DNA of 64,000 bases from an uncultured Candidatus Saccharibacteria bacterium (GTDB taxonomy: Bacteria; Patescibacteriota; Saccharimonadia; Saccharimonadales; Saccharimonadaceae). Shown piece by piece: positions 1 to 11,566 of the stretch. The notes beneath the pieces are model-generated. The model searched no databases, was not told the origin of the DNA, and was given only the letters and a program-made list of their open reading frames with translations. Within the stretch, counting starts at the first letter, position 1, and each line of letters opens with the position of its first letter. The stretch covers positions 17,571 to 81,570 of the forward strand of contig CAUTJK010000002.1 of the NCBI GenBank assembly GCA_963538815.1, given 5' to 3'. The position numbers were made by a program, and so were the translations under genes.

Positions 1-480
1 CTCGAGCGAGATGGCTATGCTGCAGCCACCGCCAAGGATCTGCAGCAGACACTCTTCCGCTTTGTCGATATCTTGCAGGCGATTGTGCTGTGCTTTGGTG
101 CGCTGGCGCTGATTGTCAGCATCTTTGGCATCGTCAATACGCAGTATATCTCGGTGCTGGAGCGAACGCAGCAAATTGGCCTGATGAAGGCACTCGGCGC
201 GAGCCGGCGCGATATTGGCCGCTTGTTCCGCTACGAGGCCGTCTGGGTCGGCCTGCTGGGCGGTGCGCTGGGCGTGCTGGGCGCGTGGGGTGCTGGTGTG
301 GCGCTCAACCCGGTTATCTCAGAGAAGCTCGGATTTGGTGATCATAAACTACTCGTCTTTGTACCAGAGCATGCCGCTGCGGTAGTGGCTGGCCTGATGC
401 TGGTGGCGATCATTGCTGGCTGGCTGCCAAGCCGCAAGGCTGCCAAGCTTGACCCAATCGAAGCGCTGCGCACAGAGTAA
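1..480 (+). CDS. ABC transporter permease, FtsX/MacB-type, C-terminal part (5' end outside window)
   Basis: Frame 1 is open from base 1. It has the LMKALGASRRDI motif, C-terminal TM helices and a KLDPIEALR tail typical of FtsX-domain permeases. A hairpin terminator follows. Confidence 0.8.
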   Translation, partial: LERDGYAAATAKDLQQTLFRFVDILQAIVLCFGALALIVSIFGIVNTQYISVLERTQQIGLMKALGASRRDIGRLFRYEAVWVGLLGGALGVLGAWGAGVALNPVISEKLGFGDHKLLVFVPEHAAAVVAGLMLVAIIAGWLPSRKAAKLDPIEALRTE

Positions 481-506
481 TCTGCATAGATATGAAGAGT
501 CTCAAG

Positions 507-540
507 CCCGCTTTGCTGTGGTAGGCAAAGCGGGTTTTTG
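507..540 (+). terminator. Rho-independent terminator
   Basis: CCCGCTTTGC / GCAAAGCGGG 10-bp stem followed by TTTTT. Confidence 0.8.
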
Positions 541-695
541 GCTGGCCAAGAGGAGTACTACTGTACACCTAACAGAGGTAGGGGGAGAGAAGCGACCCAA
601 AATAGTCAAGCCTCGAAGGCCGAGAAGCTATTACTCTTTAATTTTATAATGCTTGTGCTATAATCAGACAAAAGGGTATAAATAGGGGTATAGCT

Positions 696-2240
696 ATGAA
701 TGAACACCGCAAAAAATTTGCAAGTCGTTCGCTTGTATTTGTCTTGTTTGGGATATTATTAATCATCATTATATTGCTTTGGTGGTGGTGGCCATGGAGC
801 TACAGCTACAATAGCGGCTTCAAGGGTGTGCGGCCAGACCAAGTGAGCTTGCGCCAGCATGATGGGAAGATTCAGTGGCAATTTATGAATGGCGCGTGGC
901 ACGATATTGCCTCGGTCGAGGACTTGCGTGGGGCAAAAGGCGAGCAAGGTGCGCGCGGTGAGGCTGGTGCGAGTGGCGAACGAGGTGCAGACGGTGCCAA
1001 TGGCCGCGATGGTGCAGACGGTGCACGTGGCCGTGATGGTGCTCGTGGTGCAGCTGGCAAGAATGGCGCAAACGGCGCGAATGGTGCCAACGGTAAGGAC
1101 GGTGCAAACGGGGCCAATGGCAAAGACGGTGCATCGGCCGCTAAGGGCGACAAGGGCGACAAGGGCGAAAAAGGTGACAAAGGCGAGCCCGGCAAAGATG
1201 GCAAAGACGGCAAAAATGGTGAAAAAGGCGAGAAGGGTGACGCTGGCCCGAAAGGTGACACAGGTGCCAAAGGCGAGCAGGGTGCACCAGGCACACCTGG
1301 TGCACAAGGAGAAAAAGGCGTACCCGGCCCAAAGGGTGACCAAGGAGACACTGGGCCGCAAGGGCAACCAGGCCAACCAGGCCAGCCCGGCCCACAAGGT
1401 CCGCAGGGTCAAACTGGCCCAGCAGGTGCCGATGGCCGAACAATCGAGCTCCAGAAGGGCACGCTCTACATCCAGTGGCGCTACACTGGCGAAACAGCCT
1501 GGCAAAACCTCATTGCCTACACCGACCTCAAGGGTGAGAAGGGTGATCCCGGCCAGACCGGTCCACAAGGTGCTCAAGGTATCCAGGGGCAGCAAGGTGC
1601 TACTGGACCCAAAGGTCAGGATGGCACCAACGCAACGATTAATGTTACCAACAGCACTCAGCCATGCTCACCAAATATGACTGTCACGGGCAATGGCACA
1701 TCTCAGCTCGGCCTTACCTTTGCAGGTAGCACGGTACCGGCGGGTGGCACGGTTGGCCAAATATTGTCGAAGAAGTCGGCCGCAAACTGTGACATGGAAT
1801 GGCGAAGCCTCCCCCAGATGACCATCTTTACGGCAACACTTGGCAATGGCAATGGCGGCGTTACGGCTGCGACGATTGCCAAGGATACCTTTGCGCCAGT
1901 GCCACTCAAGACCGTCGTGACAAACAACGGTGGCGGGTCGTGGGATGCCGGGAGCAAATCGTACATCGCACCAAGTGATGGCGTCTACTTGATCCAATCG
2001 CGGATTCGCTTGAACGACACATCGTCGGCCCGTGGTGTATACCAGGCTGTCAACGACACGGCTCGCGACACCCCAGAAGGGGTGTGGAGCCACAACCAAC
2101 ACGGCTACCGCTTTACTATGCCGTACACTCGCCTGATGCGAGTAACGGCCGGGACACCGCTCAAGCTCGTTGTCTACTCGGCTGGCCAAGACGCAAACAT
2201 CACCGATGCAAGCCTCAGCATCGTCAAGATATCAGACTAA
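696..2240 (+). CDS. Membrane-anchored collagen-like (Gly-X-Y) protein with globular C-terminal domain (BclA/C1q-like by pattern)
   Basis: N-terminal TM helix (LVFVLFGILLIIIILLWWWW). About 56 Gly-X-Y triplets at nt 930-1433 and 10 more at nt 1533-1622. A ~200-aa non-repetitive C-terminus follows. Confidence 0.85.
   Translation: MNEHRKKFASRSLVFVLFGILLIIIILLWWWWPWSYSYNSGFKGVRPDQVSLRQHDGKIQWQFMNGAWHDIASVEDLRGAKGEQGARGEAGASGERGADGANGRDGADGARGRDGARGAAGKNGANGANGANGKDGANGANGKDGASAAKGDKGDKGEKGDKGEPGKDGKDGKNGEKGEKGDAGPKGDTGAKGEQGAPGTPGAQGEKGVPGPKGDQGDTGPQGQPGQPGQPGPQGPQGQTGPAGADGRTIELQKGTLYIQWRYTGETAWQNLIAYTDLKGEKGDPGQTGPQGAQGIQGQQGATGPKGQDGTNATINVTNSTQPCSPNMTVTGNGTSQLGLTFAGSTVPAGGTVGQILSKKSAANCDMEWRSLPQMTIFTATLGNGNGGVTAATIAKDTFAPVPLKTVVTNNGGGSWDAGSKSYIAPSDGVYLIQSRIRLNDTSSARGVYQAVNDTARDTPEGVWSHNQHGYRFTMPYTRLMRVTAGTPLKLVVYSAGQDANITDASLSIVKISD
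930..1622 (+). repeat. Gly-X-Y collagen triplet repeat region (two blocks)
   Basis: GGN-NNN-NNN periodicity, with one AAK interruption and one 32-aa non-collagen spacer. Confidence 0.9.
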
Positions 2241-2265
2241 GCTAGGCAGCTCACTATCAGCCCCT

Positions 2266-2294
2266 ACAGAACCAGCCATTATGGCTGGTTCTGT
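2266..2294 (+). terminator. Hairpin terminator after collagen-like gene
   Basis: ACAGAACCAGCCAT / ATGGCTGGTTCTGT inverted repeat; weak T tail. Confidence 0.6.
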
Positions 2295-2452
2295 GTTAGT
2301 TCCTCCTCGCTCATGGAGTGCTCGAGAGTAGAAAAGTGAGGCAAAAATGGGGGTCTGCAGGCCGTGTTATCTGCCCAATAGTACCGTGGCTGGGTGGCCA
2401 TCGTGCCCGGAAGTTTTATCGAACAAATTGCCATTACGCTTGGCGCGGTATC

Positions 2453-2461
2453 TGATATAAT
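2453..2461 (+). promoter_or_regulatory. Extended -10 box (TGATATAAT) 7 nt upstream of serS ATG
   Basis: The -10 ends at 2461 and the ATG is at 2468, leaving no room for a Shine-Dalgarno sequence. Confidence 0.55.
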
Positions 2462-2467
2462 ATAGTT

Positions 2468-3712
2468 ATGTTAGATATTCGTTATATTCGCGCGCATGCC
2501 GACGAGGTGCAGACAGCAGCGCGCCATAAGGGCTATGAGGTGTCCATCGCTGCGCTTCTCGCGTGCGACGATCAGCGCCGGGAGCTCCAGCAGCGGGTGG
2601 ACGCTGTGCGTACTACGCGCAACGAGACAGCCGCTCAGATGAAGGGCGGCAAACCCAGCCAAGAGCTCATCGCTCAAGGCAAGGCGCTCAAAGCCGAGCT
2701 CGCCACGCTGGAGGAAGAGCTGCGCACCATAGAGAACAACTTTTTTGCTCAGTTAGAAGCAGTGCCAAATATCACCCTGCCAGACGTGCCGCTGGGCGGC
2801 GAGGCAGACAGTGTGGAGGTTAAGCAGTGGGGTGAGCGGCGTGAGTCGGCGCAAGATCACCTCGACTTCGCCACGAGCCGGGGCTGGCTCGACTTCGAGC
2901 GCGGTGCCAAGGTGGCTGGCACGAAGTTTTACTATGTGCTGGGCGACCTCATGCTGCTCGAGAATGCCATCTACCAATATGTCCTTAACTTCCTTGTTGA
3001 CAAAGGCTTCCGCCCCATGACGGTGCCGCATATGGTGAGTGGCCGCGTGGCGCGTGGCTCGGGCTTTGCACCCAAGAGCGATAAGGAGAGTAACGAGTAC
3101 TTTATTGAGGGCGAAGACACTATGCTTATTGGCACAGCCGAGGCCCCACTGACGGGCTTCCATGCCGATGAGATCTTGCATGAGAAAGACCTACCACTGC
3201 TCTACGCAGGCTACAGCCCCTGCTATCGCAAGGAGGCTGGCGCAGCCGGGAAGTTTAGCCGCGGGCTGTTTCGGGTTCATCAGTTTAACAAATTAGAGAT
3301 GTATATCTATTGCTTGCCCAAGCAGTCGGCTCAGATGCACGAGAAAATCCTCGCACTGGAGGAGGAGATTTGGCAAAGCCTCGGTGTGCCGTATCATGTG
3401 GTAAATATCGCGGCGGGAGACCTCGGTGCACCAGCTGCCAAGAAGTATGACATCGAGTATTGGTCGCCCGTTGATGGCGCCTACCGCGAGCTCACCAGCT
3501 GCAGCAACTGCACCGACTTCCAAGCCCGCAATCTCGGCATCCGCGTCCGCCGGGCCGACGGTTCACTTCAGGTGGTACACACCCTCAATGGCACGGCAGT
3601 GAGCTTGGCTCGTGCACTGGTAGCGATTATCGAGAATTATCAAACAACGGATGGCCAGCTCCGCGTGCCAACGGTGCTGCAGCCATATCTGAACAACAGG
3701 GAGGTACTCTAG
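2468..3712 (+). CDS. serS: Serine--tRNA ligase
   Basis: N-terminal coiled-coil arm and class II core motifs (RVHQFNKLEMY, TLNGTAVSLARALVAIIENYQ). Confidence 0.95.
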   Translation: MLDIRYIRAHADEVQTAARHKGYEVSIAALLACDDQRRELQQRVDAVRTTRNETAAQMKGGKPSQELIAQGKALKAELATLEEELRTIENNFFAQLEAVPNITLPDVPLGGEADSVEVKQWGERRESAQDHLDFATSRGWLDFERGAKVAGTKFYYVLGDLMLLENAIYQYVLNFLVDKGFRPMTVPHMVSGRVARGSGFAPKSDKESNEYFIEGEDTMLIGTAEAPLTGFHADEILHEKDLPLLYAGYSPCYRKEAGAAGKFSRGLFRVHQFNKLEMYIYCLPKQSAQMHEKILALEEEIWQSLGVPYHVVNIAAGDLGAPAAKKYDIEYWSPVDGAYRELTSCSNCTDFQARNLGIRVRRADGSLQVVHTLNGTAVSLARALVAIIENYQTTDGQLRVPTVLQPYLNNREVL

Positions 3713-4840
3713 ATGGGGCGCACAATCAGAAAAATGAGCCGCAAAGGCTATGCCAAAGTTGCCAAGCCGTTTCTCTTCCGGCGGCAGCCCGATGCAGCGC
3801 ACCAGTCGATGCTCTGGACGGCGCGGGCACTGCATGCTATTCGGGGTGAGCAGCTCCTTAGTGGCTGGCGCTACAAGAACCCTCGCCTCGAGCAGACTAT
3901 TCTTGGCCTCAACTTTGTTAATCCCATTGGTCTGTCTGCTGGGCTGGATAAAGATTTTGATCTGCCCTCTGTGGCAAAGAAAATTGGTTGCGGCTTTGAG
4001 ATTGGTGGCTCGGTAACGGCCATGCCTTGTGAGGGTAACCCCAAGCCGTGGTTTCGTCGCTTGGCTAGTGAGCAGTCGATCGTCGTCAATGTTGGGTTGG
4101 CCAATCGCGGCGTGGCCAAGGCGATTGAGCAGATCCGCAGCTACTCACCACGGGTCTGGCGCGACTTTCCGCTCAGCGTATCCGTAGCCAAGACAAACAG
4201 CCCCAAGCAAGTCCGCCCCAAGCAAGCAATTGCCGACTACTGCGACAGCCTCCGCCAGCTTGAAGCAGCTGGTTGTGCACCACTGTATGAGATCAATATC
4301 TCGTGCCCCAATGCCTATGGCGGCGAGCCCTTTACCACGCCCGCTCGCCTCAAGAAACTCCTCACTGCGGTGGATGAGCTGAAGCTCTCGCGCCCCGTCT
4401 TTATCAAAATGCCAACGGATAAGACGTGGACGCAGTTTGCCAAGCTCCTCTCCATCATCGACAAGCATAATGTGGCGGGCCTGACGATCGGCAACCTCGT
4501 CAAAGATCGCAGCAAGCTCACTGACCCAAGTGTCTTGCCCGACGATACTCCCGGTAGCCTTAGTGGCCGGCCAGCTCAGGCCATTACCACGCGGCTTATC
4601 CACAAGACGTATGCACTGTATGGTGACCGCTTTGTCATCATTGGTGTGGGCGGTGTCTTTACGGCGGAGGATGCGTACGAGAAGATTCGAGCTGGCGCGA
4701 GCCTCGTCGCGTTGGTGACGGCGCTGATGTTTGAAGGGCCGCAGGTCGTGGGCGACATCAACGAAGGCTTGGTAGAGCTGCTCGACCGGGACGATTACGT
4801 CTCCATTAGCGAAGCAATCGGCGCAGCGCACCGCAAGTAA
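3713..4840 (+). CDS. pyrD: Dihydroorotate dehydrogenase (quinone), class 2-like
   Basis: NPIGLSAGLDKDFD and NISCPNA motifs, GVGGV near the C-terminus. The start abuts the serS stop (TAGATG). Confidence 0.85.
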   Translation: MGRTIRKMSRKGYAKVAKPFLFRRQPDAAHQSMLWTARALHAIRGEQLLSGWRYKNPRLEQTILGLNFVNPIGLSAGLDKDFDLPSVAKKIGCGFEIGGSVTAMPCEGNPKPWFRRLASEQSIVVNVGLANRGVAKAIEQIRSYSPRVWRDFPLSVSVAKTNSPKQVRPKQAIADYCDSLRQLEAAGCAPLYEINISCPNAYGGEPFTTPARLKKLLTAVDELKLSRPVFIKMPTDKTWTQFAKLLSIIDKHNVAGLTIGNLVKDRSKLTDPSVLPDDTPGSLSGRPAQAITTRLIHKTYALYGDRFVIIGVGGVFTAEDAYEKIRAGASLVALVTALMFEGPQVVGDINEGLVELLDRDDYVSISEAIGAAHRK

Positions 4841-4848
4841 GGAAGCTG

Positions 4849-5427
4849 GTGGCGTTCGAAACGAGCGGTTCACGCGTTGAGCATTTTGCTCCTCCCATGC
4901 GGTACGCAGCAGCGTGGTTTGGCCAAGCGGTGGTACGGCACATCACCGGTGCAGCATTTGCCCGGGCTAAGCGGTGGGAAGCGATAGAAACCCACGTCCT
5001 TCCTGGGTGGCAGCATAATAGGCCTGCAGTAGAGTACCGAGTCGCCCAATATGTTGGTACACATGCGAGGGAGGATTACCCGCTCCGCGACACAACACTG
5101 ATCGTTTCTGGCTATGTTGATCGCACAACCGACCGCTGTGTGGGTGGCCAAGCGGTTGACGTGTATCGGCTAACGGGCCAAACGAGCGCGTATCGCCGCA
5201 TGGTCGATCGCCAGACAATGCAGCCATATGTGGCACATCTTGCCCCAGTTTGTCCTAACGAACGACAGGATAAGCCACCAGCTGTAACCATGCGCAGCTT
5301 TGTCCCCGTAGATAGTCTACGACGGGTTGGCCGCCTGATAGAAGCGCTCAATAGCCTTGCAGCGCACACCGTTGAGGTAGAGGTGAAGTACCAGACATTG
5401 CTTCGCTACCGAAATCAGCAAACGTAA
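4849..5427 (+). CDS. Hypothetical protein (start uncertain; GTG 4849 or ATG 4897)
   Basis: Only long ORF in this interval; the opposite-strand ORFs are short and in mixed frames. No recognisable motif. Confidence 0.35.
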   Translation: MAFETSGSRVEHFAPPMRYAAAWFGQAVVRHITGAAFARAKRWEAIETHVLPGWQHNRPAVEYRVAQYVGTHAREDYPLRDTTLIVSGYVDRTTDRCVGGQAVDVYRLTGQTSAYRRMVDRQTMQPYVAHLAPVCPNERQDKPPAVTMRSFVPVDSLRRVGRLIEALNSLAAHTVEVEVKYQTLLRYRNQQT

Positions 5428-5521
5428 AATGGCCCGGCGTCACAGCTTGGCTCACAACCATTTGACATTACCCATAATATGCTGCACTATAGGACGAGAA
5501 TTGTGTAATAAAGGAGCAAGA

Positions 5522-6187
5522 ATGAACGAAAAACAGCCACCAGCAAACGGAGAGCGGCAAGACCCGTCAAAATTGGCAGACCGGCTGCAAGAAAAGCTCA
5601 GCCGTATCTTAACAGAAAGACCCTTCGAGTATGCATGGTGGAGGCAGAGTGCTTTGCAGGAGCGTCGTATCCAAACCAACCCAGAGCTCAGCAAAGATGG
5701 TGAAACCAACGCCACCGAGCGTACGATATTCTTAACAGGCCGCGAGGGCGAGTATATAGCGGTATTTGGCGTTGTGCCCTATAGTCTACCAGTTGTTTGG
5801 GGCCCGACTGTCGCTATTATGGCGCCTGATGGTAAAGACTGGGTGGTGTATCGCTCGAAGTCTGGTCGTCCAAAAGATGGTCATGATGGTCAGTGGCAAA
5901 TTGAGCGTATCCATGGCAGCCAGGCAGATCGGTCAGATCAGCTCGACAGTGAGCCGTACACGTTTTTTCAGTCGGTAGATGAAGATGGTGAGCAAGACAT
6001 GGAGCGCGCAGAGACTGATGCGCAAGAGTTGAAAGATGTCATAAATCTCATCGAAGGAGCGCACTGCCGCACAGAGACACCACCTAAGAGCAAAGAGACT
6101 GAAGCTTTGCTCGACCAGATTAAAAAGCTGCGCGAAGAGGCAGCCTATCAGCTAAGCTCGCTAGCCAAACGCCTCTCTCTGCGCTGA
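5522..6187 (+). CDS. Hypothetical protein
   Basis: ATG preceded by AAAGGAG; the upstream extension to 5429 lacks an RBS. Confidence 0.6.
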   Translation: MNEKQPPANGERQDPSKLADRLQEKLSRILTERPFEYAWWRQSALQERRIQTNPELSKDGETNATERTIFLTGREGEYIAVFGVVPYSLPVVWGPTVAIMAPDGKDWVVYRSKSGRPKDGHDGQWQIERIHGSQADRSDQLDSEPYTFFQSVDEDGEQDMERAETDAQELKDVINLIEGAHCRTETPPKSKETEALLDQIKKLREEAAYQLSSLAKRLSLR

Positions 6188-6267
6188 TAATCCACTCATA
6201 ACAACCCCTGTTTCTCCTCAACCATGCTATACTATAAGCACAAGTTGCTAACACGAAAGGGGTCAGC

Positions 6268-6657
6268 ATGATCGCAAACATCGACATTACCGGTATTGGC
6301 AAATACTCGCCAGACGAGCCAACCAAAAAATACATTCGCAAGAAGATCGGTGCGCTCGACCGCATGGTGTCGCGCCACGCCCGCAAGACCGTGAGCGCTA
6401 TGGTGCGCATTGAGGAGATTAATGGCGAGCATGGTAATAAATATGAGGTAGAGGTAGTCATTACTGTGCCAGACCAAACCATCAAGGCCAAAGACTCTAC
6501 ACTCAACGTCTTGGCTGCCACTGATATTGTCGAGCGCAAACTCGCTGGCCAGTTGCGCAAATATAAGCAAAACCAGCTGCCGCACCTTGGTCGCCGTGGC
6601 CTTCTCGCTCGCTTCAAACGCAGCTTCGAGCGCGAGCAGGATCATCCTGCGGAGTAG
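6268..6657 (+). CDS. hpf: Ribosome hibernation promoting factor / RaiA family
   Basis: Its size, its beta-alpha-beta pattern (MIANIDITG...KYIRKKIGALDR...YEVEVVITVPDQTIKAKD...ATDIVERKL) and its position upstream of secA all fit HPF. Confidence 0.8.
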   Translation: MIANIDITGIGKYSPDEPTKKYIRKKIGALDRMVSRHARKTVSAMVRIEEINGEHGNKYEVEVVITVPDQTIKAKDSTLNVLAATDIVERKLAGQLRKYKQNQLPHLGRRGLLARFKRSFEREQDHPAE

Positions 6658-6823
6658 ACGATAGGTATGCAAGAGTTAAGAGGCTGATATCGGTTGGGTA
6701 TCGGCCTCTTGCTCATACTTTGTGCGGGCCACTCTTCCCAAACAGCCGCAAACCCGGTATAATGAGGGGAGTTTTTTGAATTGAATGGCCGCTTAGAGAG
6801 GAAAGCGAGGGAAGTTTGACACC

Positions 6824-9454
<2,631 letters not shown>

Positions 9455-10741
9455 ATGCAGCACACAGTAACAGAGGTCAGGCTAAAGAATGGTGCCTGTG
9501 GCCTTCTCATCGACGTGCCTGGCGCAACCGTGATGAGCTTTCAGTTCCAATTCCGGGCGGGCAACCGCTATGTTGCGAGTAAAGACATTTACGAGACGGC
9601 GCACATTATGGAGCATATGGCCTTTGGCGCCAATGCCCAGTTTGCGAGCGAGCACGAGTACGAGGCGGAGTTTATCAAAAACGGTGCCTACCACAATGCC
9701 TGGACGAGCGACCTGTCTATGGTGTATGTGGCGGACTGTGCGGACTTTGAGTGGGAGCGTATTTTGCAGTTGCAGCAGGTGGCCATCACCCAGCCAAAGT
9801 TCAACCAGACGGAGCTCGAGGCTGAGAAGGGTAACGTGCGCAGCGAGCTTGTGGGCTATCTCAACAACCATAATCGAGTGCTGTGGCCCAAGATCCAGCA
9901 GCTGCTGGGGAATGACATCTACACCTATCATCAGCGCGTGCGCACCATTGCCCACGTGCAGCTGAGCGATATTCAGGAGCACTACCGACGTACCCACACC
10001 AGCGATAACCTCCGATTTGTCATTGCTGGCAAAATGGCGGGGCGCAAGGCGCAGATCAAGCGCATGCTCGAGAGCTGGCAGCTGCCGCGTGGTGAGCGCT
10101 TTGCGGTGCCGCACGACGAACTTCACAGTGGTAAGCCTACCCTCATCCGCCGCAAAGAGGCTAGCAACCTCACCTTTGGTTGGTCAATGGAGATCCCGCG
10201 CGAGCTCAGCGACAAAGAAGACGCCGCACTCGACTGCCTCAACCACATCCTCACCGGCACCATGCACTCGCGCATCTTTGGTAAGGCGCGTAAGCAGGGC
10301 ATGGCCTATGGGATGTTTAGTGATGGCTCGGTGGGCAAGTATGAGAGCAGCTGGGACTTTGGTGGCGAGGTAGAGTGCGATAAGGCAGAGCGGCTCTTTA
10401 GCCTGATTGTCAGTGAGCTCCAAGCGGTGCTGCGTGGTGAGATTACCGAGGCAGAGCTTGAGGCAGCCAAATCCTATGGCCTGGGGCGTTACCAAATGGG
10501 GGCGCAAACAGTAGCACAGATTAGTGGATTCTACACCAGCCGCTTCTTCTGGGATGGGTATGTGAAGGACTATGCCAAGGTGCCGCAAGAGATCAAAGGT
10601 ACGACCCTCGAGCAGATGAACGCCGTAGCACGTGAATTCATTGCCGCCAACACCTGGGCACTCGCTGGTGTAAGTAGCGGCGAGCGCAGCGACATCGTGC
10701 GGCTGGGAGAGCAGCTGGAAGGGCTGTTTGTACAGAGGTAG
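9455..10741 (+). CDS. M16 family (insulinase-like) zinc peptidase
   Basis: Inverted zinc motif HIMEH. The start abuts the secA stop (TAAATG). Confidence 0.85.
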   Translation: MQHTVTEVRLKNGACGLLIDVPGATVMSFQFQFRAGNRYVASKDIYETAHIMEHMAFGANAQFASEHEYEAEFIKNGAYHNAWTSDLSMVYVADCADFEWERILQLQQVAITQPKFNQTELEAEKGNVRSELVGYLNNHNRVLWPKIQQLLGNDIYTYHQRVRTIAHVQLSDIQEHYRRTHTSDNLRFVIAGKMAGRKAQIKRMLESWQLPRGERFAVPHDELHSGKPTLIRRKEASNLTFGWSMEIPRELSDKEDAALDCLNHILTGTMHSRIFGKARKQGMAYGMFSDGSVGKYESSWDFGGEVECDKAERLFSLIVSELQAVLRGEITEAELEAAKSYGLGRYQMGAQTVAQISGFYTSRFFWDGYVKDYAKVPQEIKGTTLEQMNAVAREFIAANTWALAGVSSGERSDIVRLGEQLEGLFVQR

Positions 10742-10950
10742 AAACACCTCAGCTTAGTATAGTTGCCTGCCTTTGCGCTACAAGAGTCGAAGTTTTTGGT
10801 GGCGATGCTTCGCCTATCTGTTTATATAATTTGATCAAATTATTTTTGCTATTTTCTAGTGAAGGTATGAAACGCGAAGGCAAGTAGAGAAGCACTTGCA
10901 TTTATCGGGCTGCGTTGTATTATTAAAGTAATAGCAAAGGAGAACAACAC

Positions 10951-11241
10951 ATGAGTGACGTCAATCCAACCAATAGTGCAAGTTACCGCCCGGGAGATGA
11001 AAAGCGAGGGTATAACGATCCAGTGTCAATCGTTCTCACCATGCGGGAGTGCTCAGATTTAATGACTGCGATCACTGAGCTAACCATGGGTCCATATTCA
11101 CCTTCTAAAGAAGAGTGGGAATGGCTGGAGAATGTCATGGGGATGCCGACGCAAGACAGCTTGCTAGCAATCTGCGATAAGATGAGCTCCTACGCAGGTG
11201 ACGCTCTAGCGCAAAAGAACAGCAAAACAGCAAACGATTAG
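10951..11241 (+). CDS. Hypothetical small protein
   Basis: AAAGGAG RBS 8 nt upstream; lies in an AT-rich spacer. Confidence 0.55.
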   Translation: MSDVNPTNSASYRPGDEKRGYNDPVSIVLTMRECSDLMTAITELTMGPYSPSKEEWEWLENVMGMPTQDSLLAICDKMSSYAGDALAQKNSKTAND

Positions 11242-11347
11242 CTATTTCACACAACTGCTCTCAACGCACGCCATGCAAAGTCACACCGTTCTGCATGGGT
11301 AAACGAATCGTTCATATTTCCTCTATACCTTGACGTTAGGTAAGATA

Positions 11348-11566
11348 ATGAGCACTGAGGCTCAGTTGGACATCGATCAGTATGGTTTTAATCCAGACGA
11401 CATGCCCGATTGCTTTCTCCCCGATAACTTTGACGAAATATTTCAGCGTATCGGTATACATGGCACAAGGCATAGCGTGCTAGTTTCTCAGTTTACTCTA
11501 GCCTATAACATACAGCCGACCATAAACGGTCGGCTGTATGTGTTGGTTGTGCGTTTGCGCTTTTAG
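11348..11566 (+). CDS. Doubtful small ORF
   Basis: ORF only. Its 3' end contains a perfect 14-bp terminator hairpin, which argues against coding. Confidence 0.25.
   Translation: MSTEAQLDIDQYGFNPDDMPDCFLPDNFDEIFQRIGIHGTRHSVLVSQFTLAYNIQPTINGRLYVLVVRLRF
11508..11541. terminator. Bidirectional hairpin terminator between convergent genes
   Basis: ACATACAGCCGACC / GGTCGGCTGTATGT perfect 14-bp stem with a 6-nt loop. Confidence 0.75.

Noticed and set aside
759-1680. Multiple long sense and antisense ORFs overlapping the collagen-like gene
   Set aside because: They are a consequence of the GGN-NNN-NNN repeat periodicity. Only the 696-2240 frame gives Gly-X-Y plus a TM anchor and a globular tail.
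4596-4604. Perfect DnaA box TTATCCACA inside pyrD, and near-boxes at 43038-43060 and 52109-52117
   Set aside because: Isolated occurrences are expected by chance (about 0.5 perfect boxes per 64 kb). Only the four-box cluster at 63.9 kb is reported.
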